Positions 9,383 to 19,862 of a stretch of 64,000 bases of DNA are shown here, in pieces. Positions within the stretch are counted from its first letter, which is position 1. The number at the start of each line of letters is the position of its first letter. The notes under the pieces were generated by a model that saw only the letters and a program-made list of their open reading frames with translations, was not told the origin of the DNA and made no database searches. This DNA comes from a virus. The stretch is taken from UHGV virus genome UHGV-0286546; one strand, written 5' to 3'. A program made the translations under genes and the position numbers.

Positions 9383-11344
9383 TTATCTAGCAGTAACAGT
9401 AACGTTTGCATCACTACCTTGAATAACACTATTCAAAATAATGACTTCAGCTGTATAAACTGGCCATAAGTAAACGTCAATTACCATTTGATTGTTTGCA
9501 ATTACTAACGGTGTATTGTTTTCTTCGTTACAAACAACACTATATTTAGTAATACCTTCAGCAGACAAGATTGAATTTAAGAAGCTGTTGAACTGTAATG
9601 TGATTTGCATACGTTCATAAGCTGTGTTGTTTTCAAACAAGTGCCATTTAGCTGCATCACGTAATACAGTCTCAATGTAGATAACTGTTCTTGCAACGTT
9701 AATACGATCTAATGCAGAAGGTTTAGCTTGTAACGTTCTTTGACCCCAGTTAACATAACCAGCACTCGGATCTTTAATAATGCAGTTAATCTGGTTGTCT
9801 GTATAGATGTTACCGCCTTTAGTCTGATCGTAGTATTGAGTCAAACCAGTCGGAGAAACAACAGCAGAAGTTAAGACACCTCTATTTAAACCTGCAGGAG
9901 CCATCCAAGGCTGACCATTACCCATAATTTTAGCAACATACGCAGATGGGCACATTACAAAATTTGCACGACCTTGAACTGAATCATATGTTTTAACCCA
10001 AGGAGCAGAAACAGCACCACGATAAGAGTTAAAGCCTTGAATATTCTTACGCCAATCAACTAAGTTTTCGTAATCAGTCTCAGTCATCGGGCAGTCAAAC
10101 AAGCAGAAGCAGTCACGACGATGTTCGGCGATTTCTAACATTTTAGCCTGATAAGAAACATTGCCTTTGTTGACATAACCACTGTTCATCAAGAGCGAAA
10201 CACCAACTTGTGATCTGTCTTTGAAATTATCCCAAGCAGCATTCAAATCAGTATATTTAGCATTCGCATCTTTCCATGTACCAGATTTACCACCAGTCAA
10301 TGCAACGTTTTCAACAAATTCAGGAATAACAATAGCATCTGGATTTGCTTGAACAAAATTCTGGTTTACAAATACTTGAATGTAATTAGAAGTACCGTTT
10401 ACAACGTCTTCAACATACATTGAGTTACCGTAGCTATCTTGGCTCGGATACAATGTACAATATTCAAACGTTTCAAGAGTTTGCATAACGCGACCAACTT
10501 TCTCAATAACTGACAAAGTGAAAGTTGTTTGATCATCATCTGGATAACGACCTACACGTGCATTTGAATCATTTGTCTGTGTTTCAATACTATTAACGAA
10601 GAATGAAACTGTACTAGATTGTCCGTTAACTGTCCAATCATATACTTTAAATGTACCATTCAACGCTTCATTAGACATTCTAGAAACAACAATAGATGCA
10701 CCTAATTCTAATCCATCAACAACACTCGCCGGAACAGTAATCGTAACTAATGTTCTACCTGTATCTCCAGATTCTTCTTCGAATTTAGTAGGAGCAGTTA
10801 CAGCATATGCACGATTTTCATTAATCGTACTATCTGATAAGGAGATATAGAATTTTCTGTTGTTCGGGTCGGTTGCAGTAACAATGAAAGCAGAATCTAA
10901 ATCGTCGCTAGCAAATAAACCAGATTCAGCACCGGAGTCACGAGATGTCTGAGCTGCTGTAATTTCTTCATAAAAATACCCATTTGAAACAGGCATTTCT
11001 TTAACACTGCCTTGAACAGGAATTGTAGCTGCAGCCCAATGAGCATCATTTACACGGTCTTCTGCAGGTAATTCTGGATCACCAGTCGGAACTACACGTA
11101 CAAAGTAATGTTCACCAATTGTATCTGACGCAACTGCTAAAGAATAACCAGCATAACCGTATTTGGAACTTAATGAACCAAAACGACCAGTATAATCTTG
11201 CAGCGTAGATAACAGAGTTGGAGTATTAATCGGTCCATATTCAGCTTCACCGACATAAGCACATGCTGTCGTAGTATTTGTAGCGACAACTCCACTTAAA
11301 TCTTTAATAGAAGCATAAATTCCCGGAAATTTATAGTTGGCCAT
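9383..11344 (-). CDS. contractile tail sheath protein (653 aa)
   Basis: N-terminus MANYKFPGIYASIKDLSGVV...YVGEAEYGPINTPTLLSTLQDYTGRFG matches the hallmark sheath N-terminal motif (xPGVYxxExDxS ... GPxxxPxLhTSxxxFxxxFG); size typical of sheath. Confidence 0.8.
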   Translation of the reverse strand: MANYKFPGIYASIKDLSGVVATNTTTACAYVGEAEYGPINTPTLLSTLQDYTGRFGSLSSKYGYAGYSLAVASDTIGEHYFVRVVPTGDPELPAEDRVNDAHWAAATIPVQGSVKEMPVSNGYFYEEITAAQTSRDSGAESGLFASDDLDSAFIVTATDPNNRKFYISLSDSTINENRAYAVTAPTKFEEESGDTGRTLVTITVPASVVDGLELGASIVVSRMSNEALNGTFKVYDWTVNGQSSTVSFFVNSIETQTNDSNARVGRYPDDDQTTFTLSVIEKVGRVMQTLETFEYCTLYPSQDSYGNSMYVEDVVNGTSNYIQVFVNQNFVQANPDAIVIPEFVENVALTGGKSGTWKDANAKYTDLNAAWDNFKDRSQVGVSLLMNSGYVNKGNVSYQAKMLEIAEHRRDCFCLFDCPMTETDYENLVDWRKNIQGFNSYRGAVSAPWVKTYDSVQGRANFVMCPSAYVAKIMGNGQPWMAPAGLNRGVLTSAVVSPTGLTQYYDQTKGGNIYTDNQINCIIKDPSAGYVNWGQRTLQAKPSALDRINVARTVIYIETVLRDAAKWHLFENNTAYERMQITLQFNSFLNSILSAEGITKYSVVCNEENNTPLVIANNQMVIDVYLWPVYTAEVIILNSVIQGSDANVTVTAR

Positions 11345-11527
11345 TTCTTTATTATCCTTATCTTAAACTTAACTAAAACAGTTAATATTTAGAACTTTTG
11401 AAAGGATATAAAGAGATATTAATCTAACTTATTATATCATTCCATAAATTCTTTTATATGTATAGAACCGGAATAAAGTTAGATTATTTTTCAATACGTT
11501 ATTATTTTAAAATCTGAATGAATGTAA

Positions 11528-12436
11528 TTAAACTTCGAATTTACATTTATCAGGAAACATACTATTTAAGAATTGGTTAAGTCTAGGATATTGTCTATTA
11601 TTACCAACTGTATCATCAAAAACACTCAACCAATCTTCTTGTAACCAAGCGTCAGTTAGATCCTGATTTAATGTTATTTTTACATCGTTAATTTTTCTAG
11701 GTTTTCCTAATCCTTCGTCTGGGTATAAGTTTTTGTAGACACTACGTTTGTGTAATACTTTTGGAGTTTGACAAAATTCTTTAATACAAGATAATTTCAT
11801 CATTTGATTAAAATTAGCTTTATTTATAATAATAGGAAGATGTGATTCGTAATTATAATGACTACGACAATCTAATTTATTTAACAATTCGACTGCATAA
11901 TCAAAGCCATACTTCCAACGAGATTTTTTTATATTGTTTGCGTTTCTTTTTACTTCGGCATCTAATGTACCAAGACAAACATTTAATGCTTCATACCAGT
12001 TTCTAATTGGCTTTAATGCGAAGAAATCATCATTCATTAATACAAAATTATCAGATATTTCCTGGCAATTACAAGCAGCTAAATAATTTGTAATGCTATT
12101 TTTCCACTTGTCTTGATTCTGGATAGTCGGAATATAACGAACATTTTTAATCCAACTAGGCTTATATCCAATAATCCAAATACGTTTAAAATTACAGAAT
12201 TTAGCAATAGAACGTAAAGACATCCGTATATCTGGATTATTTTCACTTGCTTTTAAAATATATACTAAATCTAATTCTAAATCTGGTTTGTATATTTCAG
12301 TCGTTAAACATGGATTTAAGAAAGATCTTGCCTTTTCTGATAAAACATTGTGTGGGTAACTTATTTTCTGTTTATCAGCCCACTCTTTTGTATGTAACCA
12401 CGGCTGAGTAACAATCTTCCTTTTTGATTCTACCAT
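11528..12436 (-). CDS. hypothetical protein (302 aa), possible glycosyltransferase-like (NDD motif)
   Basis: ORF with strong coding signal; W/K/N-rich; LMNDDFF DxD-like motif; no confident family assignment. Confidence 0.5.
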   Translation of the reverse strand: MVESKRKIVTQPWLHTKEWADKQKISYPHNVLSEKARSFLNPCLTTEIYKPDLELDLVYILKASENNPDIRMSLRSIAKFCNFKRIWIIGYKPSWIKNVRYIPTIQNQDKWKNSITNYLAACNCQEISDNFVLMNDDFFALKPIRNWYEALNVCLGTLDAEVKRNANNIKKSRWKYGFDYAVELLNKLDCRSHYNYESHLPIIINKANFNQMMKLSCIKEFCQTPKVLHKRSVYKNLYPDEGLGKPRKINDVKITLNQDLTDAWLQEDWLSVFDDTVGNNRQYPRLNQFLNSMFPDKCKFEV

Positions 12437-12446
12437 GTTTATACAC

Positions 12447-12830
12447 TTATTTCTGCTTTATTGCGTTTGCTAATTTTTTTGCTGATATTTCAAGAGGATA
12501 CATAATACCACCGTTAGATTTAAGAAAATTATAAATCTTGGCTTCTAATTCTTCTGTACTAACCTCTTCTTCGATTGGTTTTTGACCTAATACATTATGA
12601 ATAGTATTCCAAACTTTATGTAATACAATATCTTGCTGTTCTTCGTTTAACTCATCAAAAGCATTAGAATGGTATACGGAGGTTTTTTGTAAAAGATCTT
12701 GAACTTCTTCATAGCTTTTCGCTTTAAGAATAACACTACTTTCAATATAATTCAATTTTTTAATTATACTGTTTGCAATTCTATTGAGCGGATTTAATGC
12801 TTCTATGAATAATTCTTTCGTTTTAGACAT
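12447..12830 (-). CDS. hypothetical protein (start revised to second Met; TAATG stop-start overlap with upstream gene)
   Basis: Internal ATG at minus-strand 12830 overlaps stop of 12830..13720 (TAATG), typical phage translational coupling. Confidence 0.5.
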   Translation of the reverse strand: MSKTKELFIEALNPLNRIANSIIKKLNYIESSVILKAKSYEEVQDLLQKTSVYHSNAFDELNEEQQDIVLHKVWNTIHNVLGQKPIEEEVSTEELEAKIYNFLKSNGGIMYPLEISAKKLANAIKQK

Positions 12831-13720
12831 TATGCGATTATTCTCTTCTTTGGATTGTTTCCACCAAAAGCAGAATGACGAACAGACCAACCAATTTCTT
12901 TTTCGCCATTGTATTCTAACTTCTTAAGATACTGAATTACATCAAATAATTTTTCTTTTGCAGCAATCGAATAAACATTTTCCATGACATTCTCAATACT
13001 AGAGATGTCAGAATCGATGTCGCCTTTGAAATCATTTTTTCTATCAGTAATCGGATCATTGGAAGCAATAATAGCATTTTCAATTTGATCTATTTTTGAA
13101 TCAGATATATTAAAATAATTTCGTAATTCAATCAAAGCTCTATCGACTTCATCAGCAAGCATTTCATCTTCATAAAAACCAAATACTTTTTCTAAGATTT
13201 CGTACTGTTTATCGTTTAAACCTAAAGTATCTGCTATAATTTGACATACAGTATAATTATCATATGTACGATTTTGCTGTACTGCTTCTGTTAATACTTG
13301 CACTGATTCTTTTACTTCTTCTTTGTCTTTGGTCTCAACTTCGTCTTTATCTTGATCTTCTTTATTTTCTGTATTATCAAGAGACTGTTCTTCGCCAGAG
13401 TCTGCTTCTTTAACACCTGCTTCATAAGCTTTTTTCATTTCTGGAACTTCGCTTATTTTAGATGTTAATTGAGCCAGATGTTTCATTTCTTCATCACGTA
13501 CATCTACTAATACGTCATGAAAAAGATCAACTAATTCTTTTCTGGTAACATTATCTTCTAACGATAAAATTTGATCGTATTCGCTGTATGCTTTAGATTC
13601 AGAAGCAATCGCACCTAAAATCGCCTGGCAATAAGCTTCATCGTTTGACAAATCAACATCATTTGTTTCTAATGGATTTGCTTCTGCTTCAACCAATCTC
13701 TTTTTTGGAATAATACGCAT
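12830..13720 (-). CDS. acidic hypothetical protein (296 aa)
   Basis: D/E-rich helical composition. Confidence 0.5.
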   Translation of the reverse strand: MRIIPKKRLVEAEANPLETNDVDLSNDEAYCQAILGAIASESKAYSEYDQILSLEDNVTRKELVDLFHDVLVDVRDEEMKHLAQLTSKISEVPEMKKAYEAGVKEADSGEEQSLDNTENKEDQDKDEVETKDKEEVKESVQVLTEAVQQNRTYDNYTVCQIIADTLGLNDKQYEILEKVFGFYEDEMLADEVDRALIELRNYFNISDSKIDQIENAIIASNDPITDRKNDFKGDIDSDISSIENVMENVYSIAAKEKLFDVIQYLKKLEYNGEKEIGWSVRHSAFGGNNPKKRIIA

Positions 13721-13731
13721 TTTTTCCTCTA

Positions 13732-15018
13732 TTATCTAGCAAGCGGAAAAGCATCACTAGTTTTATTTACTTTATATGTGTCGCCGTCTAATTCAAGTAA
13801 TACGTTTTCGACATGTAATTTTTTAGGTAATAAATTTTTGTCGATCTGAGATACTTTATATGCATTATCTTTACGTTCATCATATTCCTGATCGACATGT
13901 ACAGCTTCTGAACCTTCGCCGATTTTATTCTTCAAAGCAGCAACAACATCTGCAACGGAAATACGAACATCAGGAACAAAATTTAACGGACCAGCATAGT
14001 TAGACTCTTTTACCGCTTCTCTTTGTAATTGATTTTTACTTGCCATGTGCCAATATAATTCAGATGGAGTAATGTTATAATCTAATAACTCATCAATTTC
14101 ACCGTACTTCGTTAAAATTAAATATGGATCTGCTTCAGGATCTCCGTTCATTTCTTTTTCTGCTTCTACAACGAAGGCGTGTTTATCCTCTTCAGACATA
14201 GAAGCAAGAAAGTTATCCATAACACGAGCTTCAAAATTCGCAAGACCAAGAGCTGGATTAATCGGTTTTAAATTATACTTTGTTTTTTCTGCTACCGCTT
14301 CTCTTTGTAATTGATTTTTACTTGCCATGTGCCAATATAATTCAGACGGAGTAATATTATAAGCTAACATATCATCAATTTTACCATAATTGGCCAAAAT
14401 TAAATATGGATCGGCTTCTGGGTCTCCGTTCATCTCTTTTTCACATTCTATAACAAAGTCTTGCTTATCTTCTTCGGACATTGAAGCGAGTAATTCATCC
14501 ATTACATATGCTTCAAAATTTGCCTGACTAAGAGCCGGATTGATCGGTTTAAAATTATAATTTGTTTTTTCTGCTAAATACTGTTCACAAGTTTTACCAT
14601 TCAAAATACTTTCAACGAATTTAGCCAAATGAGATTCACCAAAAGAATGTTTATTTTCTTCGCAATCACAGCAATCGTCTGTAGTTTTAACGATTTTCAA
14701 TGAAGTAACATCAGAATCTTCGTTATCACCGGCGGAAATATCAACCAGATCATTGGCCATATCTTCAACAGCTTTTTCGAAAGAATTTCCAGTATCAGAA
14801 GATTTACCAAAATCATTGTCGTTTGACATATTAGCTTTGTTAACTAAATTTTCTTGATCGGTAATTTCACCTTGCGCAAATTCACCCGGCTCAACGTTAG
14901 CCATTCCCATTTCTTCGAAGGAAGGCACAATATTGTTACTCATGATTTCTTTTGAACTTTCAACACCTTCGTTCAAATTTTTAGAAATAGCTTCTAACAT
15001 ACGTTCTCTAAGATTCAT
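13732..15018 (-). CDS. hypothetical protein (428 aa) with internal ~95-aa tandem duplication
   Basis: Two near-identical segments (KTNYNFKPINPAL...ELYWHMASKNQLQREAV) from a ~285-bp tandem DNA duplication around 14005..14575. Confidence 0.6.
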   Translation of the reverse strand: MNLRERMLEAISKNLNEGVESSKEIMSNNIVPSFEEMGMANVEPGEFAQGEITDQENLVNKANMSNDNDFGKSSDTGNSFEKAVEDMANDLVDISAGDNEDSDVTSLKIVKTTDDCCDCEENKHSFGESHLAKFVESILNGKTCEQYLAEKTNYNFKPINPALSQANFEAYVMDELLASMSEEDKQDFVIECEKEMNGDPEADPYLILANYGKIDDMLAYNITPSELYWHMASKNQLQREAVAEKTKYNLKPINPALGLANFEARVMDNFLASMSEEDKHAFVVEAEKEMNGDPEADPYLILTKYGEIDELLDYNITPSELYWHMASKNQLQREAVKESNYAGPLNFVPDVRISVADVVAALKNKIGEGSEAVHVDQEYDERKDNAYKVSQIDKNLLPKKLHVENVLLELDGDTYKVNKTSDAFPLAR

Positions 15019-15102
15019 ATTTTTATCCTTATTGAAAACTCTTATATTTTGTGAAATTAATACTTTTATAATTAGAACTTTACTTACTAAAAAATAAATA
15101 TT

Positions 15103-15381
15103 CTATTTAACTTTAACAAAACCCGGACAAAGTGTTACTATTTTTCCTTTTTTAGATTTTGCATACATGGCACATTGAGGCTTACCTGCTTTTATCCAAT
15201 GCTGACATAAATTAATATGAAAATGATTATAGGGATTTTTAGATTCTGCAAAATATCTACAAGAACAAGTTTTTAAATCAGCTGTTACAAAATGCGATTC
15301 AATTAAATTTCCATTAATTTTTTCATCAACCCAATAACCTATTGTTTGATTGTCTAAAGTATCTTCACGTATTAAGTACAT
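15103..15381 (-). CDS. SWIM-type zinc-finger protein (92 aa)
   Basis: CSCRYF...N-x-LCQH fits CxCxnCxH SWIM signature. Confidence 0.5.
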   Translation of the reverse strand: MYLIREDTLDNQTIGYWVDEKINGNLIESHFVTADLKTCSCRYFAESKNPYNHFHINLCQHWIKAGKPQCAMYAKSKKGKIVTLCPGFVKVK

Positions 15382-15420
15382 TGAATATCCATTCCATAGT
15401 ATTAATATATTAAACTAGAA

Positions 15421-15455
15421 CATAAAAAAAGGTCCCTCAATTAAGGAACCTTTTT
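15421..15455. terminator. intrinsic terminator-like hairpin downstream of minus-strand gene 15479..16567
   Basis: AAAAAAAGGTCCCT-caattaa-GGAACCTTTTT, A/T runs on both sides. Confidence 0.5.
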
Positions 15456-15478
15456 CATTTAGTATTTTATTAACTAGA

Positions 15479-16567
15479 TTAACCGAAAAAACGTTTTGTA
15501 AAACGTGATTCTTCAGCTGTTTCTGCAATGAAGTTATTTGCGTCAACAGATTCATTGAAAGCTGCAACGTATTTACCATATTTAGAGTCATAAACACGAA
15601 CACATTCTTTCAAAGAGCGATTGTCAAAAGTAGAAACGATTTTAGCAATAGCTTCTTCTTTCAAACCAGTTTTTTCTGTAGACAGAGCTTCAACCAATGC
15701 CATATAATCTTTACCAGATTTAGCAGATTCTTCGTAAGCACACAAAGCAGATTCGAGAACTTCAGTTTCAGCACCCATGTCATCGTCTTGCATCATCGGA
15801 GCAGGAGCAGCATCGAAAGAATCCATTTCGTCAGCAGATTCAAATGTTTTTTCAGGATAGATTTCACCAGAATTAGCTTCTGTATCAAAAGCACCCATAA
15901 CTTCGCCAGCTTCAGACAAAGCAATTTCACGTTTACCAGGCTGTAAAGAACCTTTCAATTCAGAAACTCTTTCAGCGAATTTCTTATAATCTGAGAAACT
16001 TTCTTTCTTAACAGAATCGGTTTTTAAGAGTCTCATATTAATCGGAGAATTATCAGCTTCGTCGATCAAGATAGATTCACAAACAACGAATTTAGTCGGA
16101 TTAATACGATTTTCACTGAATTTAGCGAATTTAGATTCAACAGATTCTTTTTCTTCAACATCTAATTCAGCAACTTCGATATTGTCACCAGCATCTTCGC
16201 CTTCAGGAGCATCAGCCAAACTATCGATAACGTCATCAACTTCTTCACCGTCCATAACAGCATCCAAAGCAGGTTTTTCAACAAATTTAACGTCAGACAA
16301 TTCATCAGAAGAAACAACGATGTCAGCGATTTTAGAAGCTAAATCTGCGTCAGAAATAACAACAACTGCAGCAGAACCGTCTAAAGCCATATCACCATCT
16401 GGAGTAGCACCGATTTCTACAGTTTCGCCTTTATCAAATTCAATATCGGCATCTTCTGTTTCGAGAATTAATTTTTTAGTTACAATCCAGCTTTTGCCTT
16501 CTTTAGCACTTTCACGCAAAGCTTCTCTGCAAAGTCTTGCTGAAAGTCTTTTCAAAAATTTTGCCAT
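15479..16567 (-). CDS. highly acidic protein (362 aa), possibly head scaffolding/prohead core protein
   Basis: D/E/A-rich (about 25% acidic), helical, noticeably higher GC than flanks; function inferred only from composition. Confidence 0.4.
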   Translation of the reverse strand: MAKFLKRLSARLCREALRESAKEGKSWIVTKKLILETEDADIEFDKGETVEIGATPDGDMALDGSAAVVVISDADLASKIADIVVSSDELSDVKFVEKPALDAVMDGEEVDDVIDSLADAPEGEDAGDNIEVAELDVEEKESVESKFAKFSENRINPTKFVVCESILIDEADNSPINMRLLKTDSVKKESFSDYKKFAERVSELKGSLQPGKREIALSEAGEVMGAFDTEANSGEIYPEKTFESADEMDSFDAAPAPMMQDDDMGAETEVLESALCAYEESAKSGKDYMALVEALSTEKTGLKEEAIAKIVSTFDNRSLKECVRVYDSKYGKYVAAFNESVDANNFIAETAEESRFTKRFFG

Positions 16568-16689
16568 TTTAAATCACTTTCCTTATGTGTTTTACTTAAT
16601 TAAATTTTTAAACTTATCAAAAACTAGAACTGTACAAATAAAAAATCAAAAACTAGAGATATATGCTTTTTAGAACTATATTTTTTGTA

Positions 16690-17661
16690 TTAACTAATTA
16701 CTATTCTATTTGTTCTTCCATCACCTTCTACATGGATATTCATTCTGATAGTCTCAATTAAAGATTGTGGCAATGGAGTATCTGTTAAGCAACCCCAGTA
16801 ATTAATCTTAAACGCTGAACCATAAATATATCCTTGACCTTTTAATTTATCTGTAGAAGAAGAATAACGGTCAATATTAGGAATTTCAAATACAGTAAAT
16901 AATTGATTTTCATTATTACCAATGGATGGAGATGCGTACTTATGCCAGATTTGAGCATCAGCACATCTTAAAATAAATTTATCACGAATGTATTGAATCT
17001 CGTCTCGATTATCACATAAAATAACTGCGCTATAAGTACCGGTTATTGATTTTGCTTTATATCTATTTGGTAATTTATCCCCAGTCGCACGTAAATCTTC
17101 AGTATTAAACCAAACATCTTCTTTCTTTAAATTCGGTAGAGATTTAGTAATGACTACTCCATTTATTGATAACTTACAAAAAACTTTATTTTCTTCGGTT
17201 TTAATTTCAACGATTTCACCCTGTAAACCTCTATATCTATCCATAGAAGCAATAAATACAGTATCACCTACTTCCCACGATTCTGGAGGACTAGGTAAAT
17301 CAAAATACCACTGACGAAAACGATTACCGCTTTTCCAAAAGACTGTTTCAATATCATTCTGCATAAAAGCTAAAATAGGATAAGAAACATCTACTCCTTT
17401 TTCTTTATTTATATTTTTTCGGAGTAAGTACGTATTAAAAATTTCTTCAGTATTTAATTCATCTACTTGAAAAACGCGTGAATAATCCCACAGCCAGTCA
17501 TTTTTTATTGGATCTGCATTTATATCTTGTATTCCAAGTTTATTTCTCGGGTCAGCAATTCTCATTTGATTTAATAGTACTTCTCTCATTGCTAAATCAA
17601 CTTCATTTAAACTAGAGTGAAATACACTATTTGTAGGTATATGTAATGTAATATCAGGCAT
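16690..17661 (-). CDS. hypothetical protein (323 aa)
   Basis: Long ORF; no recognisable motif. Confidence 0.5.
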   Translation of the reverse strand: MPDITLHIPTNSVFHSSLNEVDLAMREVLLNQMRIADPRNKLGIQDINADPIKNDWLWDYSRVFQVDELNTEEIFNTYLLRKNINKEKGVDVSYPILAFMQNDIETVFWKSGNRFRQWYFDLPSPPESWEVGDTVFIASMDRYRGLQGEIVEIKTEENKVFCKLSINGVVITKSLPNLKKEDVWFNTEDLRATGDKLPNRYKAKSITGTYSAVILCDNRDEIQYIRDKFILRCADAQIWHKYASPSIGNNENQLFTVFEIPNIDRYSSSTDKLKGQGYIYGSAFKINYWGCLTDTPLPQSLIETIRMNIHVEGDGRTNRIVIS

Positions 17662-17664
17662 ATC

Positions 17665-18522
17665 TTAATTATTTATCCATTCTATAAATTGGTCCATATT
17701 AAAAAACTCAATCCAATTTAATTTATTTTCTTTGACTATTTCTCTCTTTTTTGGATCTCTTATTGTCCATACGTCTATCGCACTCAAATAAGCAGGTTTA
17801 GTATTAGACTTTTCCTTCCATTTATTTAGAACTTTAATGTCATCTTCTGTACCTTTGAAAGCTTTTCCACCGTGTGTCCAATGGCCTTGATACTCAATAT
17901 ATAAATCTAAAGTTGGTATATAAAAATCACAATTGAATGGATACTCTTTTGATCTATATTGATACTTCACATCTTCAAACGTCTTCTCTAATGCTTCTTT
18001 TATAAATTTTTCTGGTTTTGAACTATTAACTGTGTGACGTTTTTTCTTTGTTTCATAACTTTTTTTACGAATTTTTGAGTTTTGAATAGGATTTTTACAA
18101 CCGTATCTTTTTATACAAGTAGATTCGCGTTTTTCTATAAATTCTTTTACTTTAGCAGTGCAAGTTACCCCATACTTTTTTAAATTTGTATTGATAACCT
18201 TTCTATATATCTCTTTGTTTTGTAAGGAATATTCATGACCATATTTTTTTATACATGTATTTCTAGCTTTTTTGTTTACTTCTTTTAATTGCAAAGTACA
18301 AGATACACCGTATTTTTTTAAATTATTTGTTATAGTTGTTTGTGTTACAGCTTTTCTATCTTTTTTTATATGTTCACGCTTTAATAAATAAGTTATTGTT
18401 CTTATACTTAAATTTAATTTAAATGCAATTTCAGATATTGTTAGATTATCAATAATATATAATTGATAAAGTTGATTTCTATTAATAAAATAGCGTTTTT
18501 TATACTGTCCTGAATTAATCAT
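17665..18522 (-). CDS. homing-endonuclease-like protein: N-terminal HTH, NUMOD-like KKYG repeats, C-terminal Vsr/DUF559-like PD-(D/E)xK domain
   Basis: HTH LTISEIAFKLNLSIRTITYLL; repeated K(K/R)YGxxCTxxxKE motifs; C-terminus DFYIPTLDLYIEYQGHWTHGG resembles Vsr/DUF559 core (DFxLP...IEvDGxxWH). Confidence 0.55.
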   Translation of the reverse strand: MINSGQYKKRYFINRNQLYQLYIIDNLTISEIAFKLNLSIRTITYLLKREHIKKDRKAVTQTTITNNLKKYGVSCTLQLKEVNKKARNTCIKKYGHEYSLQNKEIYRKVINTNLKKYGVTCTAKVKEFIEKRESTCIKRYGCKNPIQNSKIRKKSYETKKKRHTVNSSKPEKFIKEALEKTFEDVKYQYRSKEYPFNCDFYIPTLDLYIEYQGHWTHGGKAFKGTEDDIKVLNKWKEKSNTKPAYLSAIDVWTIRDPKKREIVKENKLNWIEFFNMDQFIEWINN

Positions 18523-18526
18523 TTGA

Positions 18527-19228
18527 TTATTTATCCAGTAATTCTAAATGTTTGTTAAATATTTTTTCAAGTAAACGCTGGCGGTTTTGTCTTGACATTG
18601 ATTTACAAAGGTTTGTTTCATGAGAACGATAATAATATAAAATTTCATGAATACTTAAAATAGGCATTCTTTTTAAAATCTGTAAATGAAAATCAAAATC
18701 TTCACACATTTTTAAAGATTCATCAATAGAACAATAATCAAGAACTTCTTTTTTAAACATCATTCCACCAGCATACCCTGTCCCAGCAGTCTGTTTATTC
18801 TTAATTATTTTTTCATAATTCCACTCTTTAGGCCTCGTTATATGTTGATCATAATCTCCAAAACGTTTTAATTCACAACAAACAGCACCAACCGATGGAT
18901 TTTCTTCTAATAATTCAACTTCTTTTTTAATTAAATCTTTATCAAAAATATCATCACTGCCTAATCTAACTAAATATTTACCGGTTGTTAATGAAAAAGC
19001 TTTATTTACAGACTTATTCATACCTAAATTTTTTTCATTTATATATAATTTTATTTTAGGTGATAATTTAGTTATTTCATCATAATTTACATTCGGAGAT
19101 GCGTCATTTATACAAACTATTTCTAAATTTTGATATGTTTGATTTAAGATACTATTTAAACATTCATATAAATATTGTAATTTGGTATCATATACTGTTA
19201 AAATTATTGAAACTAAAGACTGTGTCAT
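18527..19228 (-). CDS. glycosyltransferase family 2 (233 aa)
   Basis: N-terminal GT-A signature VSIILTVYDTKLQYLYECLNSILNQTYQNLEIVCINDAS. Confidence 0.7.
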   Translation of the reverse strand: MTQSLVSIILTVYDTKLQYLYECLNSILNQTYQNLEIVCINDASPNVNYDEITKLSPKIKLYINEKNLGMNKSVNKAFSLTTGKYLVRLGSDDIFDKDLIKKEVELLEENPSVGAVCCELKRFGDYDQHITRPKEWNYEKIIKNKQTAGTGYAGGMMFKKEVLDYCSIDESLKMCEDFDFHLQILKRMPILSIHEILYYYRSHETNLCKSMSRQNRQRLLEKIFNKHLELLDK

Positions 19229-19232
19229 AGCA

Positions 19233-19862
19233 TTACTCTTTGTTTAATTTATAGTTTGATAATGAGCCTTCTCTTTTTAAATAATGATAATATATACCGT
19301 TATCTGGACATTCAAAAATTTTATCTGTTAATTTATATAACCAAAATTTAAATCTACTGTCCTCTCCTTTCTTTAAAGCTGTAGGAAAACGACAATTAGG
19401 ATTATCATCTAATAATTTTTTACGGATAATAGAAGGAACTATACAACCATATTCATTTTTACCATGCTTGCCGTCTATTACTCGTATACCTCGTACAATA
19501 TCATAATCTTTGGAATGTTTATACAATTCTTCAAAATAGCCAAGATCTACTTTATCATCACTGTCAACAAAGCCAATAAATTCTCCGGTTGCATTTTTGA
19601 TAGCATGATTTCTTGCAATAGATACTCCGCTATTTGTTTTAAAATAGGTTACATGAATTCTACTATCTTTTTCGGCATATTGTTCTATTATGAATTTAGA
19701 ATCATCTGTAGAACCATCATCTACTATTAATATTTCAATATCACTCAGCGTTTGATTTACAATGGAATCTAAACATCTATTTAAATATGGAGCAGAGTTA
19801 TAAACAGGAACGATTATAGATATTTTAGGCATATATGAATCCTTGTCTTTGTAAATATTCAA
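19233..19862 (-). CDS. glycosyltransferase family 2 (209 aa)
   Basis: Classic GT2 N-terminus ISIIVPVYNSAPYLNRCLDSIVNQTLSDIEILIVDDGSTDDS. Confidence 0.8.
   Translation of the reverse strand: MNIYKDKDSYMPKISIIVPVYNSAPYLNRCLDSIVNQTLSDIEILIVDDGSTDDSKFIIEQYAEKDSRIHVTYFKTNSGVSIARNHAIKNATGEFIGFVDSDDKVDLGYFEELYKHSKDYDIVRGIRVIDGKHGKNEYGCIVPSIIRKKLLDDNPNCRFPTALKKGEDSRFKFWLYKLTDKIFECPDNGIYYHYLKREGSLSNYKLNKE

Noticed and set aside
16182-16673. 163-aa plus-strand ORF rich in Ser/Ala
   Set aside because: Antisense to the strongly coding acidic gene 15479..16567; low-complexity mirror of D/E/A codons
19464-19730. 88-aa plus-strand ORF inside GT2 gene
   Set aside because: Antisense to gene with clear GT2 signature; no RBS
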